Shown here: positions 1 to 8,639 of the stretch, piece after piece
Layout of the letters: every line of letters starts with the position of its first letter
Numbering within the stretch: the stretch's first letter is position 1
From: Rhodothermales bacterium
GTDB lineage: Bacteria > Bacteroidota > Rhodothermia > Rhodothermales > VXPQ01
Direction: 5' to 3'
Length of the DNA: 37,868 nt
Assembly: GCA_040904565.1 (NCBI GenBank)
Contig: JBBDTI010000046.1
Location: forward strand, 1 to 37,868
The notes under the pieces: generated by a model
Told to the model about the DNA's origin: nothing
What the model saw: only the letters and a program-made list of their open reading frames with translations
The model's database searches: none
Made by a program: the position numbers and the translations under genes

Positions 1-119
1 CCGGTGGCCTCAGCTCGGGAATTGAACGATTCCATCCCTGATTCAATGAAAGTCCCGTTCTTGAGCGTGAACTTGAGACTGTTCGGATTCGGTGTGGGTG
101 ATGTGTTTGTGGTCGCCAT
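1..119 (-). CDS. NifU/Nfu N-terminal domain protein, partial (runs off the left edge)
   Basis: Manual translation from ATG at 119 on the minus strand gives MATTNTSPTPNPNSLKFTLKNGTFIESGMESFNSRAEAT. TPNPNSLKF is the Nfu_N signature. Not in the supplied ORF track. Confidence 0.85.
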   Translation of the reverse strand, partial: MATTNTSPTPNPNSLKFTLKNGTFIESGMESFNSRAEAT

Positions 120-249
120 ACAGGTCGAGTCAGCTAGGATCCGTGGAAGAAATAGTGTACCATTCCATGTAGATTGTGAAGTCGGGGATGCCCGGCCTGC
201 TTGAGATACATGGCAGGAATACGTCAATAATAGGTAACTACCGCTGAAT

Positions 250-789
250 ATGGAGTCTGGTCCACGGCACACATCCAGAACGACGTCCACCGCTTCGGAC
301 GAGGCGGGCACGTCGGGAGGGAAATCGAAGGGCGGGAAATCGAAGATGCGGCGCATCGGCGACCATACGCGCGGTCTGTTCGAAGAGTTTTCCACCTGGC
401 TGGAGCTCCGCCTGCGCTTGTTTCAGGTGGACGTACAGGATCGGATCCAGAAAAAAGTTGAGGAGGCGATCGGTAAAGCGGCACCGATCGTCCTGGGTCT
501 CCTGACGCTGTTCTTTTTGCTCGTTACGATAGCGCTCTTCGCCGGCCGGGCCTTGGGTCACCCTGCCTGGGGGTTTCTGATCGTCACTGGATTTCTGCTG
601 GTGGTGACGCTCATTTTATGGGTTCGAAGCCGCAGAATTGCGCGCGCCCGGAATGACGCTGACGCTGCGGGAACCGTGGCCGAAGATGGCCCGGCGAGAC
701 AGTCGGTGAATGGAACGCCGCCCGCTCGAACGCCATCGAACGGGTCGGTCAGTCGGACGGCGGCCCCGAAAAAGGGAGGATCATCGTGA
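250..789 (+). CDS. Phage holin family (YqjE-like) two-TM membrane protein
   Basis: Amphipathic helix (ELRLRLFQVDVQDRI), two TM helices with the ALGHPAWGFLIVTG turn, and a basic tail. Alternative start at ATG 346. Confidence 0.75.
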   Translation: MESGPRHTSRTTSTASDEAGTSGGKSKGGKSKMRRIGDHTRGLFEEFSTWLELRLRLFQVDVQDRIQKKVEEAIGKAAPIVLGLLTLFFLLVTIALFAGRALGHPAWGFLIVTGFLLVVTLILWVRSRRIARARNDADAAGTVAEDGPARQSVNGTPPARTPSNGSVSRTAAPKKGGSS

Positions 790-1457
790 TGGATGCCAGA
801 TCAACCATGCAGCCCCGAGCGGATCATGAGACGGATCGGCGCACGTCCGACCCGGAATCTAAACAGGCCATCGAACGGGAGCTTGCCGCCACTAAAGAGG
901 CAATGATCCGACGAGTACAAGCTCTCGAGCATGAGATTACGTCGACGCCGGCCGCCGTGGTGTCAGCGCTCATGAAGAAGCCCCTTCTAGGTGTGGCCGG
1001 CGCAGTGGCCCTCGGTATGGGCGTCGGGCTCTTTGTAACGAGACGCAAGCGGCGTGGCTCGGATATGGAGCCTCTCTACCGAAGGCTGGTTGATGAATAC
1101 ATCGAGGCGGCGAGTGACGAGGTTCGTCACCACATGAAGCGGGGCAGGTCTCTCCGCGAAGCGATGCACGTATCGTTTCGTGACCGGGCGCCCTTGATCG
1201 TTTACGAATCGGATGGCAGACCGGACCGTTCGTCCGGTGGTTTTCTCAGTACGATCGGATCGGTGCTCTCCGACGTCGCATTGAGCCTGGCCGTCAGGAT
1301 GGCCTTCGATGCGGCGCTTTCGAAAATAAATAAGGACGTGTTGAACGGCACGGATGAGACGGCGCAGCATGCGGCGCCCGCGGATCACGGCTCCGGCATG
1401 CATGCGGGTAATGGAGCTCCGCCCGGACATATGGATGCCTCCGCCGACGTTCCGTAG
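789..1457 (+). CDS. Hypothetical membrane protein with DUF3618/YqjD-like N-terminal part
   Basis: TGATG overlap with the upstream stop. Coiled-coil AIERELAATKEAM...ALEHEI, then KKPLLGVAGAVALGMGVGLFV TM segment followed by RRKRR. Confidence 0.6.
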   Translation: MDARSTMQPRADHETDRRTSDPESKQAIERELAATKEAMIRRVQALEHEITSTPAAVVSALMKKPLLGVAGAVALGMGVGLFVTRRKRRGSDMEPLYRRLVDEYIEAASDEVRHHMKRGRSLREAMHVSFRDRAPLIVYESDGRPDRSSGGFLSTIGSVLSDVALSLAVRMAFDAALSKINKDVLNGTDETAQHAAPADHGSGMHAGNGAPPGHMDASADVP

Positions 1458-1624
1458 ACGGCCGAACGATGAGGGTTTGCCGGATTGTGCATCCCTCTGG
1501 AACTCTCCGCCCGTCCCATTGTAGCGGTCGACGTAGAGGCGTGCCATCGTCATTCGATACGGCTCCGTGACCGGTTTCCGCGCGTCAGGGCGCTACAAGC
1601 TTTTAGATTTCACTCCCCAGTATT

Positions 1625-2278
1625 ATGCGCATCGTATTTCTCGGTCCTCCAGGCATCGGCAAAGGTACGCAGGCCGCCCTGCTCGCCAAGCGGAGAGGAT
1701 GGAGTCACATTTCCACAGGCGTTATCATCCGGGCCGCGATCGAGGACGGTACGCCGCTGGGTGAGGCCGCGGAGGAATACGTCCGCGAGGGAGACCTCGT
1801 CCCCGACAAGATCGTCCGCGTACTGGCCGAAACGGCCATCGAGGAGGCGGGGTACGACCGCTTCGTTCTCGACGGATATCCGCGGACCATCGTTCAGGCC
1901 GAGTGGCTAACCAGCTTTCTTGAGGAACATGAGAGGCCGCTCGATGTGGCCATCAGTCTCGAGGTTCCGACGGAGGTCATCGTCGACCGGCTTTCCAAGC
2001 GTCGGGTCCACAAGGTCACGGGCGAGAACTATCATCTGGAGTTCAAGCCTCCTCCGCCGGACGTAGATCCGGAGCTTATCATTCAGCGCGACGACGACAA
2101 GCCGGAATTCATCCGCAATAGACTCGACGTCTATCGTGAGGAAACCGAGCCGGTGGCGGTCTACTATCGAGAGCGTGGACTTCTCCTCGAGATCGACGGG
2201 GTAGGCGCTATTGAAGAGGTTTATGCTCGGATAGAGGACGTGCTGCCGCAGACGCATCTCAAGAAGCAGTCGCCCTGA
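1625..2278 (+). CDS. adk: Adenylate kinase
   Basis: GPPGIGKGTQA P-loop, HISTG, GDLVPD, LDGYPRT and QRDDD motifs. Confidence 0.97.
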   Translation: MRIVFLGPPGIGKGTQAALLAKRRGWSHISTGVIIRAAIEDGTPLGEAAEEYVREGDLVPDKIVRVLAETAIEEAGYDRFVLDGYPRTIVQAEWLTSFLEEHERPLDVAISLEVPTEVIVDRLSKRRVHKVTGENYHLEFKPPPPDVDPELIIQRDDDKPEFIRNRLDVYREETEPVAVYYRERGLLLEIDGVGAIEEVYARIEDVLPQTHLKKQSP

Positions 2279-2285
2279 TGCCCGT

Positions 2286-3284
2286 ATGACCGTCGCTTCC
2301 AGCCCCATGCGGGCGCGGGCCGAGGTTCAAACGCTTCGTGATCGTGTAGACGCGGCGTTGAAGGATCTCGTCAGCCCGAACGACCCGAAGACACTCTACG
2401 ATCCCGTACGCTACATCCTGCACAACGGGGGTAAACGGCTCCGTCCCATTTTGCTGCTGCTGACCGCCCGGGCGTACGGCGCCAGTGAGGATGATGCACT
2501 GCCCGCCGCGCTGGCCGTAGAGGTGTTTCATAACTTCACCCTCGTTCACGACGACGTGATGGATCACGCCGACGAGCGGCGTGGCCGGCCGACCGTCCAC
2601 GTCAAATGGGACGAAAGTACGGCGATTCTATGCGGTGATTACCTCATGGGCCTGTCGTACGACCTGCTCGCGCGGTCCGTCCCCCGAAAGGCGGCGCCGC
2701 TCGTGGCCCGCTTCCAGGAAATGGTGGTGCGCCTCTGCGAAGGACAGGCGCTCGATAAAGAGTTTGAGTCGCGCAGCGACGTAACCATCCACGAATATCT
2801 GGATATGGTGGATCGGAAGACCGGTGCACTCCTGCAGGCGTCACTGGAACTCGGGGGCATGCTCGGCGGTGCCGACGGCGAGGCATTGACGGTGCTCAGC
2901 GAAGTCGGACAGAAGACGGGACGTGCATTCCAGATCATGGACGACCTCCTCGATCTGACCGCGCGGGACGAGCGATGGGGGAAGGCGATAGGTGGCGATC
3001 TCGTCGAGGGCAAGAAGACCTACATCCTCCTTCGGGCCATAGAGCTCAGTGAGGGAGAGAACCGGGCCTGGCTGTTCCGCATAATCGAAGAGAACGGGTT
3101 GACTCCCGATCTCCTGGACGAAGCCCGCGAACGAATGGAGCGTTCAGGCGTGCTAGAAGAGGCACGGGCCGAAGTCCTCCGTTACAGCGCAGATGCGCTT
3201 GACGATGCGGAAATGCTTCCGGATTCTCACGCCGCCGACACGCTCCGATGGCTGTTGAGACGGATGCAGGAGCGGATGCACTAA
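2286..3284 (+). CDS. Polyprenyl diphosphate synthase, probably short-chain (GGPP synthase, IdsA/CrtE-like)
   Basis: GGKRLRP; FARM FTLVHDDVMD...RRG with an aromatic residue at -5; GQALD; KTGAL; SARM FQIMDDLLD; DLVEGKKT. Confidence 0.92.
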   Translation: MTVASSPMRARAEVQTLRDRVDAALKDLVSPNDPKTLYDPVRYILHNGGKRLRPILLLLTARAYGASEDDALPAALAVEVFHNFTLVHDDVMDHADERRGRPTVHVKWDESTAILCGDYLMGLSYDLLARSVPRKAAPLVARFQEMVVRLCEGQALDKEFESRSDVTIHEYLDMVDRKTGALLQASLELGGMLGGADGEALTVLSEVGQKTGRAFQIMDDLLDLTARDERWGKAIGGDLVEGKKTYILLRAIELSEGENRAWLFRIIEENGLTPDLLDEARERMERSGVLEEARAEVLRYSADALDDAEMLPDSHAADTLRWLLRRMQERMH

Positions 3285-3319
3285 AGAGGTTGGTTGGATC
3301 ATTCCAATATTGAAAAAGC

Positions 3320-3589
3320 ATGGTCGTTCGAGAGGTTACCGTAACCAACCGTGCCGGATTGCACACCCGGCCCGCGTCGATGATCGTCCGGACAGCTTCG
3401 AAGTTCGACGCGGACTTCTTTATCCAGAAGGATAGCTACGAGATTAACGGAAAGAGCATCATCGGCGTGATGACGCTGGCCGCTGAGCAGGGCGCGACCC
3501 TTACGTTAACCTTCGAGGGAGAAGACGAAGACGAGGCCGCGGAGGCTGTTGCGGACCTGTTCGAAGAAGGATTCGGCGAAGTCAAGTAA
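3320..3589 (+). CDS. ptsH: PTS phosphocarrier protein HPr
   Basis: NRAGLHTRPA (His15) and NGKSIIGVMTL (Ser46). Confidence 0.96.
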   Translation: MVVREVTVTNRAGLHTRPASMIVRTASKFDADFFIQKDSYEINGKSIIGVMTLAAEQGATLTLTFEGEDEDEAAEAVADLFEEGFGEVK

Positions 3590-3614
3590 GTACCCATCAT
3601 CTAGTTTGGAGAGG

Positions 3615-5465
3615 ATGTTGCCGAAAGAGAACAACGTGCAGATATCCGAGGGTTCGCCGGAGCGAGATGTCGCGTTCGATCGCGTTGGTAACGAGCGCGT
3701 CGTCGAAGGAATCGGCGTCGCACCCGGCATAGCCATCGGTCCGGTTTATCTCTATGCACGGGCTGCCTTCGAGGTCGAAGAACGCCATATCTCGCGCAAA
3801 GAGCGTGATGCGGAAATCAAGCGGTTCGAAGATGCCGTTTCTAATTCGGAGCGCGATCTGAAAAAGATCGCTTCGGTGGCCCGGGAGAAATTGGGCGAGG
3901 GCAGCGCGAGCATATTTGACGCGCAGGCCCTGATGCTGCGCGATGAGGCTTTTTTCGATGCGGTCATCGAGCGGATACGGAACGACCGGATGAGCGCAGA
4001 CTACGGCGTGCAGACGGTGATCAACAAGCACCGGCAGCTCTTAAAGGCGAGCGAGAGCGAATACCTGCGGGAGCGAGCCAACGACATGCTCGACTTGCAG
4101 GACCGCATCGTACGGCACCTTCGCCGCGGGAAAATTCTCTCGGATGTCGACAGCAAGACCATCGTCGTGGCCGAGAGCCTTACGGCGGCGGATATCGTGC
4201 TCTTCAGCCGCCGAGGGATTCTGGGTACGGTGCTGGACTACGGCGGAGCGACGTCCCACGTGTCCATCATGGCGCGGGCCTTGAGCCTGCCTGCCGTCGT
4301 GAGCACCCATGGCGTCACAAGCGAAGTCGCCACGGGCGATACGATGATTCTCGATGGTCTCGACGGCCGAGTGATCATCAATCCTACCGAAGAGACCCTG
4401 CAGTTTTATCGCGACCGGAAGGAGCGGTATCACCGGCTGCAGGAGGAACAGAAGCAACTCGTCCCGCTTCCGGCTGAAACGCTCGACGGTCACGGTATCC
4501 GGCTTACGGCAAATCTCGAGTTCCAGGAGGAGCTCAAGCTGATCGAGGAGTACGGGGCTAAAGGTGTAGGCCTCTTTCGAACGGAGATTCTGTTTTTGAT
4601 GCAGCGCCGTATCTCCCTCTCCGAAGCCGAGCAGTTCGATACGTACCGCCGCATCGTACAGTCCGTCGGTCCGGATACGACCACGTTTCGCGTCCTCGAT
4701 TTTGGGGGCGACAAGATGTTGCCGATGGGTCACCGAGAACACAATCCTTTCCTCGGGTGGCGCGGCATCCGCATTCTGCTCGACAAGCCGGAGCTGCTGT
4801 ACCCGCAGGTCCGCGCCATCGTGCGGGCGAGTGCCTACGGTCCCGTTCGTATCCTGCTGCCGATGGTGACGGAGATCGGTGAGCTGCGTGCATTCAAACA
4901 GATTCTGCGGGAAGTCTACGGCGACCTGGAAGCCGACGGCGAAACGGTCGATCCGGAGATTCCGGTGGGTATTATGGTTGAAGTGCCGGCCGTAGCCATC
5001 AAGGCGGCGCGTTTCGCCAGGGAGGCCGATTTCTTTTCCATCGGTACGAACGATCTCACGCAGTATACCCTGGCGGTAGACCGCGGAAACGATCTCGTCG
5101 CGAGCAAATATCAAGAGCTGGATCCGGCCATCCTGCAGCTTATCAAGTCTACGGTCGATGCTGCACGCGCCGAGGGCATCCCCGTCAGCGTCTGCGGGGA
5201 GCTGGCCGCTCGGCCCCTCGCCACACCGATCCTTCTGGGTCTCGGCGTCGACGAGCTCTCTGCGTCTCCGGTATATCTGCCGGAGATCAAGCGCGTCATC
5301 CGTGCCATCCGTATGGAGGAGGCGGTCGACCTTGCCCGGCGATCTCTGGATGCCGGCGATGCACACGAAGTCACGGCAATTCTCAGGGTGTGGCTCAAGG
5401 AACATGCATGCGACGTAGCCACCATGCTCGAAGGAGATGGCCGAGACGTACCGGGATCGGCATAG
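3615..5465 (+). CDS. ptsI: Phosphoenolpyruvate-protein phosphotransferase (PTS enzyme I)
   Basis: GGATSHVSIMAR (phospho-His), GVGLFRTE, NPFLGWRGIR, GIMVEVP, FFSIGTNDLTQY and VCGELA. ATG 3615 after GGAGAGG is preferred over TTG 3549. Confidence 0.95.
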   Translation: MLPKENNVQISEGSPERDVAFDRVGNERVVEGIGVAPGIAIGPVYLYARAAFEVEERHISRKERDAEIKRFEDAVSNSERDLKKIASVAREKLGEGSASIFDAQALMLRDEAFFDAVIERIRNDRMSADYGVQTVINKHRQLLKASESEYLRERANDMLDLQDRIVRHLRRGKILSDVDSKTIVVAESLTAADIVLFSRRGILGTVLDYGGATSHVSIMARALSLPAVVSTHGVTSEVATGDTMILDGLDGRVIINPTEETLQFYRDRKERYHRLQEEQKQLVPLPAETLDGHGIRLTANLEFQEELKLIEEYGAKGVGLFRTEILFLMQRRISLSEAEQFDTYRRIVQSVGPDTTTFRVLDFGGDKMLPMGHREHNPFLGWRGIRILLDKPELLYPQVRAIVRASAYGPVRILLPMVTEIGELRAFKQILREVYGDLEADGETVDPEIPVGIMVEVPAVAIKAARFAREADFFSIGTNDLTQYTLAVDRGNDLVASKYQELDPAILQLIKSTVDAARAEGIPVSVCGELAARPLATPILLGLGVDELSASPVYLPEIKRVIRAIRMEEAVDLARRSLDAGDAHEVTAILRVWLKEHACDVATMLEGDGRDVPGSA

Positions 5466-5646
5466 CACGAGTCGTCGGGCACTCTGTTCTGACTTTCGAA
5501 GGCCCGGATATCTTCTATCTTGGGGAACGGTGCTGTAGAAGGAGCGTAGCGCTATATGTACCAAGAATAACAGGTTGGATCAGTGCGCTACGGCTCCCCG
5601 CAACGCATTTTTCATCTGTTTCCCGTCTCGTCCGCCGTATCGATCT

Positions 5647-8637
5647 ATGGCACTACCTCGGCTGCGACATTTCCTGCTCATCGTGCTGTCATGCGCGGTG
5701 GTTTGGCCCGCTGTTGGCCAGTACACGTTCCATTTCGGACGGAATAAGATCCAGTACGACGATTTCGACTGGCACGTCCTGAAGACAGAGCACTTCGACG
5801 TGTACTACTATTCCGAGATGCAGGAGCTCGCAGAGCACGGCGCCGCCTTTGCGGAGGAAGCCTATGAGGAGCTGCAGAACAGGTTCAACTTTTCGTTGAC
5901 GCACCGTCCGCCGCTCATTTTTTATTCCTCCAACCTGCACTTCAAGCAGACGAATATTACGCCTGGATTTATTCCGGACGGCGTGGGCGGCTTCTTCGAA
6001 TTCCTCAAAGGACGCGTCGTCATCCCGGCCAACGGCAATATCCATCAGTTTCGCCGCGTGATCCGGCACGAGCTCGTGCACGTGTTTACCTACGCAAAGG
6101 TCTCGCGGCTCGTGCGGGACCATCGCATGCCGCCGGAACGGTTTCTCCCCCTCTGGTTCACCGAGGGGCTCGCAGAATACTGGTCGGGTGATCCGGACCA
6201 GTCGCACGAGATGGTAATCCGTGATGCCATCTATTCAAACTATCTGATGCCGCTGTCGGACATCTACCGGGTCAGTGGGTCGTTCCTTATGTATAAGGAA
6301 GGTGAGGCGCTTTGCCGGTTCTTCGCTGAGGCCTACGGTGAAGAGAAACTGCTCCGGCTGATGGACAATTTCTGGAAGGATCGTGACTTCCGGCATGTCA
6401 TGGAGGTCACCTTCATGGAGGACTTTGAAGAGATCGATCGCAAATGGCAGGCCTGGCTCAAGAATCGATATTTTGAGGATGTCGACGATCTACAGCTGAC
6501 GTCGTTGATCTCCCGAGGAGTCGCCACGGAAGGATTCAGTGCGAAGCCGGCGCTCTACAAACTCCCCGACGGTACGCGCAGGGTCTATTTTGTGGGGAAT
6601 CGCACCGGGTACAGCAACGTCTACGAGGTCGAGGTCGATTCCCTCTATCGCCCTGTCGGGGAACCTGAGATTCTCGTTCGCGGGGAGCGGACGGACGATT
6701 TCGAGGCATTTCACCTCTTCGAAAGCCGTCTTGGGATGTCGGAGGACGGCAAGCTTGCGTTCGTGACAAAGAGCGGGGAGTCGGACGTCATTCATATCTA
6801 CGACGTCGCTCGAGACGAGTTGGTCGCTACCTACGCGTTCGACGACCTCGTAGCCGTGTATTCGCCGGATTGGAGCCCGGACGGATCCCGCCTCGCTTTT
6901 TCTTCCATAGACGGGAGCGGATTCAGCGATCTGTACGTGTACGACGTCCGTACCGGGCGGCTGCAGCGGCTCACGAATGACAGCTACGACGATCGAGATC
7001 CGTCGTGGAGCCCGGACGGGCGCCGGCTCGTGTTCTCCTCCGATCGGACGTCGCTGGGCAAGACGAATGCGTACAATCTATTCGTCTATGAGCTCGGGGA
7101 CGGAGACCTCGAGTATGTTACGTACGGCGATCGACTCGATCTGTCACCGCGCTGGAGCGGCGACGGGCGTCACGTCATCTTCGCGAGCGCCGTACGGGAC
7201 AGCGCAGGCCGGTTCGGCGCACAGAATATCTGGGTTGCCGATGCTCCGTCATCGGACGACGCACTGGCTGAGCTAGCGTTCTCGGGTTCTGGTGACGGGG
7301 GGAGCGATGCCCTGTCGGACGCCGCACTGGGATCGACGGAACGCCGCGCCAGGCAGCTGACGGAGCTGACCGCGGCCGCGTTCGATCCCGTCTGGACGGA
7401 TGATGGAAGCATTCTCTTCACGAGTTTCGAGCACATGCGGTTCTCCGTACGGAGCATGCCGGATGTGGACTCGCTGCTCGCTAACCCGCGCCGGTCGTCA
7501 GATATCGACCTGTCACAGTCGGGCGACCACTGGGCCTTTGCGCGAATCGGCATCGATGATGGTGCTGAACGCGTCGCCTACAAGAAGAAGTATACGCTCG
7601 ACGTGGCGCAGGCGATGGTCAGCCAGAACCCCGTCTGGGGAACCCAGGGGGGTGCCGTCATGGCTTTCTCCGACCTTATGGGCAACGATCACTGGTACGT
7701 TACGCTCTATAACAACTCGCGAGGAACCAGCGATTTCCTCAAGAGCATGAACGTGGCCGTCTCTCGCATACAGCTGCATCGTCGTACCAACATCGGATAT
7801 GGGTTGTACCGCTATGCAGGCCTCCGATTCGATATCACGGATCCGGATGCCGCTCGTGAGTATCCGACGTTGTGGGAGACCATTTACGGCGGATACGGTG
7901 CGGTCAGCTATCCGATTTCGACGTTCCGCCGGATCGAAGTAAGCACCTCGGTAAGCTGGGACGATAAGTTTATCCCCTGGGCGGATGTCGACCGGCAGGC
8001 CCTGCTCGTCTCGAACTCGCTCGCGTTGGTCCACGACAACGCGCTGTGGGGAATGAACGGCCCTGTGGAGGGGTATCGCGGCAGCTTGATGGCGGCTTAT
8101 ACGACGGACGTTCTGTATTCGAATGTGAGCTATTTCACGCTGACGGCCGACGTACGGCATTACTGGCGGTTGCACGAGAAGGTGTCGTTCGCATCTCGCG
8201 GATTGGCGCGCATGAACGAAGGGAGGGAGGCGAGACTCTTTTTCATGGGGGGAAGCTGGGATCTTCGCGGATTCCCCATGTTCAGCGTCCGCGGCCAGAA
8301 GATGTGGTTCACGTCGCACGAGCTGCGATTCCCTATTCTGACGTCACCGTGGCTCTCTGCCCCCGTTCTCGCACCGTTCGGGGTCGCAAATCTTCGCGGG
8401 GCGCTCTTTCTTGATGCCGCCCATGCATGGAATGATGGCTACTACGAGCCGCGGCTTACGGATCGCCGGCGCGAGCAGCTGAACATCGGAGAAACGCTGG
8501 GTGCCGTCGGAGCCGGACTCCGGCTTAATCTTTTCGGGGGGCTCTTGCTGCGGTATGATGTCGGCTACCGGTACCGTGACGGATTTCGCGAACAGGACCG
8601 GTTCTTCAAGCAGTTCTTCTTCGGGTGGGACTTCTAG
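5647..8637 (+). CDS. Omp85/BamA-TamA superfamily outer-membrane protein with N-terminal peptidase-MA-like (zincin) domain and PD40/TolB-like beta-propeller, no POTRA
   Basis: Signal peptide (AVG|QY). FGRNKIQY...HFDVYYY, HELVH and WFTEGLAEY. PD40 repeats SPDWSPDG, PSWSPDGRRLVFSSDR and SPRWSGDG. Barrel motifs MGGSWDLRGF and ALFLDAA. C-terminal FFGWDF beta-signal. Confidence 0.88.
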   Translation: MALPRLRHFLLIVLSCAVVWPAVGQYTFHFGRNKIQYDDFDWHVLKTEHFDVYYYSEMQELAEHGAAFAEEAYEELQNRFNFSLTHRPPLIFYSSNLHFKQTNITPGFIPDGVGGFFEFLKGRVVIPANGNIHQFRRVIRHELVHVFTYAKVSRLVRDHRMPPERFLPLWFTEGLAEYWSGDPDQSHEMVIRDAIYSNYLMPLSDIYRVSGSFLMYKEGEALCRFFAEAYGEEKLLRLMDNFWKDRDFRHVMEVTFMEDFEEIDRKWQAWLKNRYFEDVDDLQLTSLISRGVATEGFSAKPALYKLPDGTRRVYFVGNRTGYSNVYEVEVDSLYRPVGEPEILVRGERTDDFEAFHLFESRLGMSEDGKLAFVTKSGESDVIHIYDVARDELVATYAFDDLVAVYSPDWSPDGSRLAFSSIDGSGFSDLYVYDVRTGRLQRLTNDSYDDRDPSWSPDGRRLVFSSDRTSLGKTNAYNLFVYELGDGDLEYVTYGDRLDLSPRWSGDGRHVIFASAVRDSAGRFGAQNIWVADAPSSDDALAELAFSGSGDGGSDALSDAALGSTERRARQLTELTAAAFDPVWTDDGSILFTSFEHMRFSVRSMPDVDSLLANPRRSSDIDLSQSGDHWAFARIGIDDGAERVAYKKKYTLDVAQAMVSQNPVWGTQGGAVMAFSDLMGNDHWYVTLYNNSRGTSDFLKSMNVAVSRIQLHRRTNIGYGLYRYAGLRFDITDPDAAREYPTLWETIYGGYGAVSYPISTFRRIEVSTSVSWDDKFIPWADVDRQALLVSNSLALVHDNALWGMNGPVEGYRGSLMAAYTTDVLYSNVSYFTLTADVRHYWRLHEKVSFASRGLARMNEGREARLFFMGGSWDLRGFPMFSVRGQKMWFTSHELRFPILTSPWLSAPVLAPFGVANLRGALFLDAAHAWNDGYYEPRLTDRRREQLNIGETLGAVGAGLRLNLFGGLLLRYDVGYRYRDGFREQDRFFKQFFFGWDF

Positions 8638-8639
8638 CC

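Noticed and set aside
4-204. 66-aa + strand ORF
   Set aside because: Overlaps the minus-strand Nfu_N gene, which has a clear family motif.
250-789. Holin-family call as evidence of a prophage
   Set aside because: No endolysin, structural, integrase or replication genes. This family is commonly cellular.
4041-5564. 507-aa antisense ORF over ptsI
   Set aside because: Codon-bias shadow in high-GC DNA, with no recognisable motifs.
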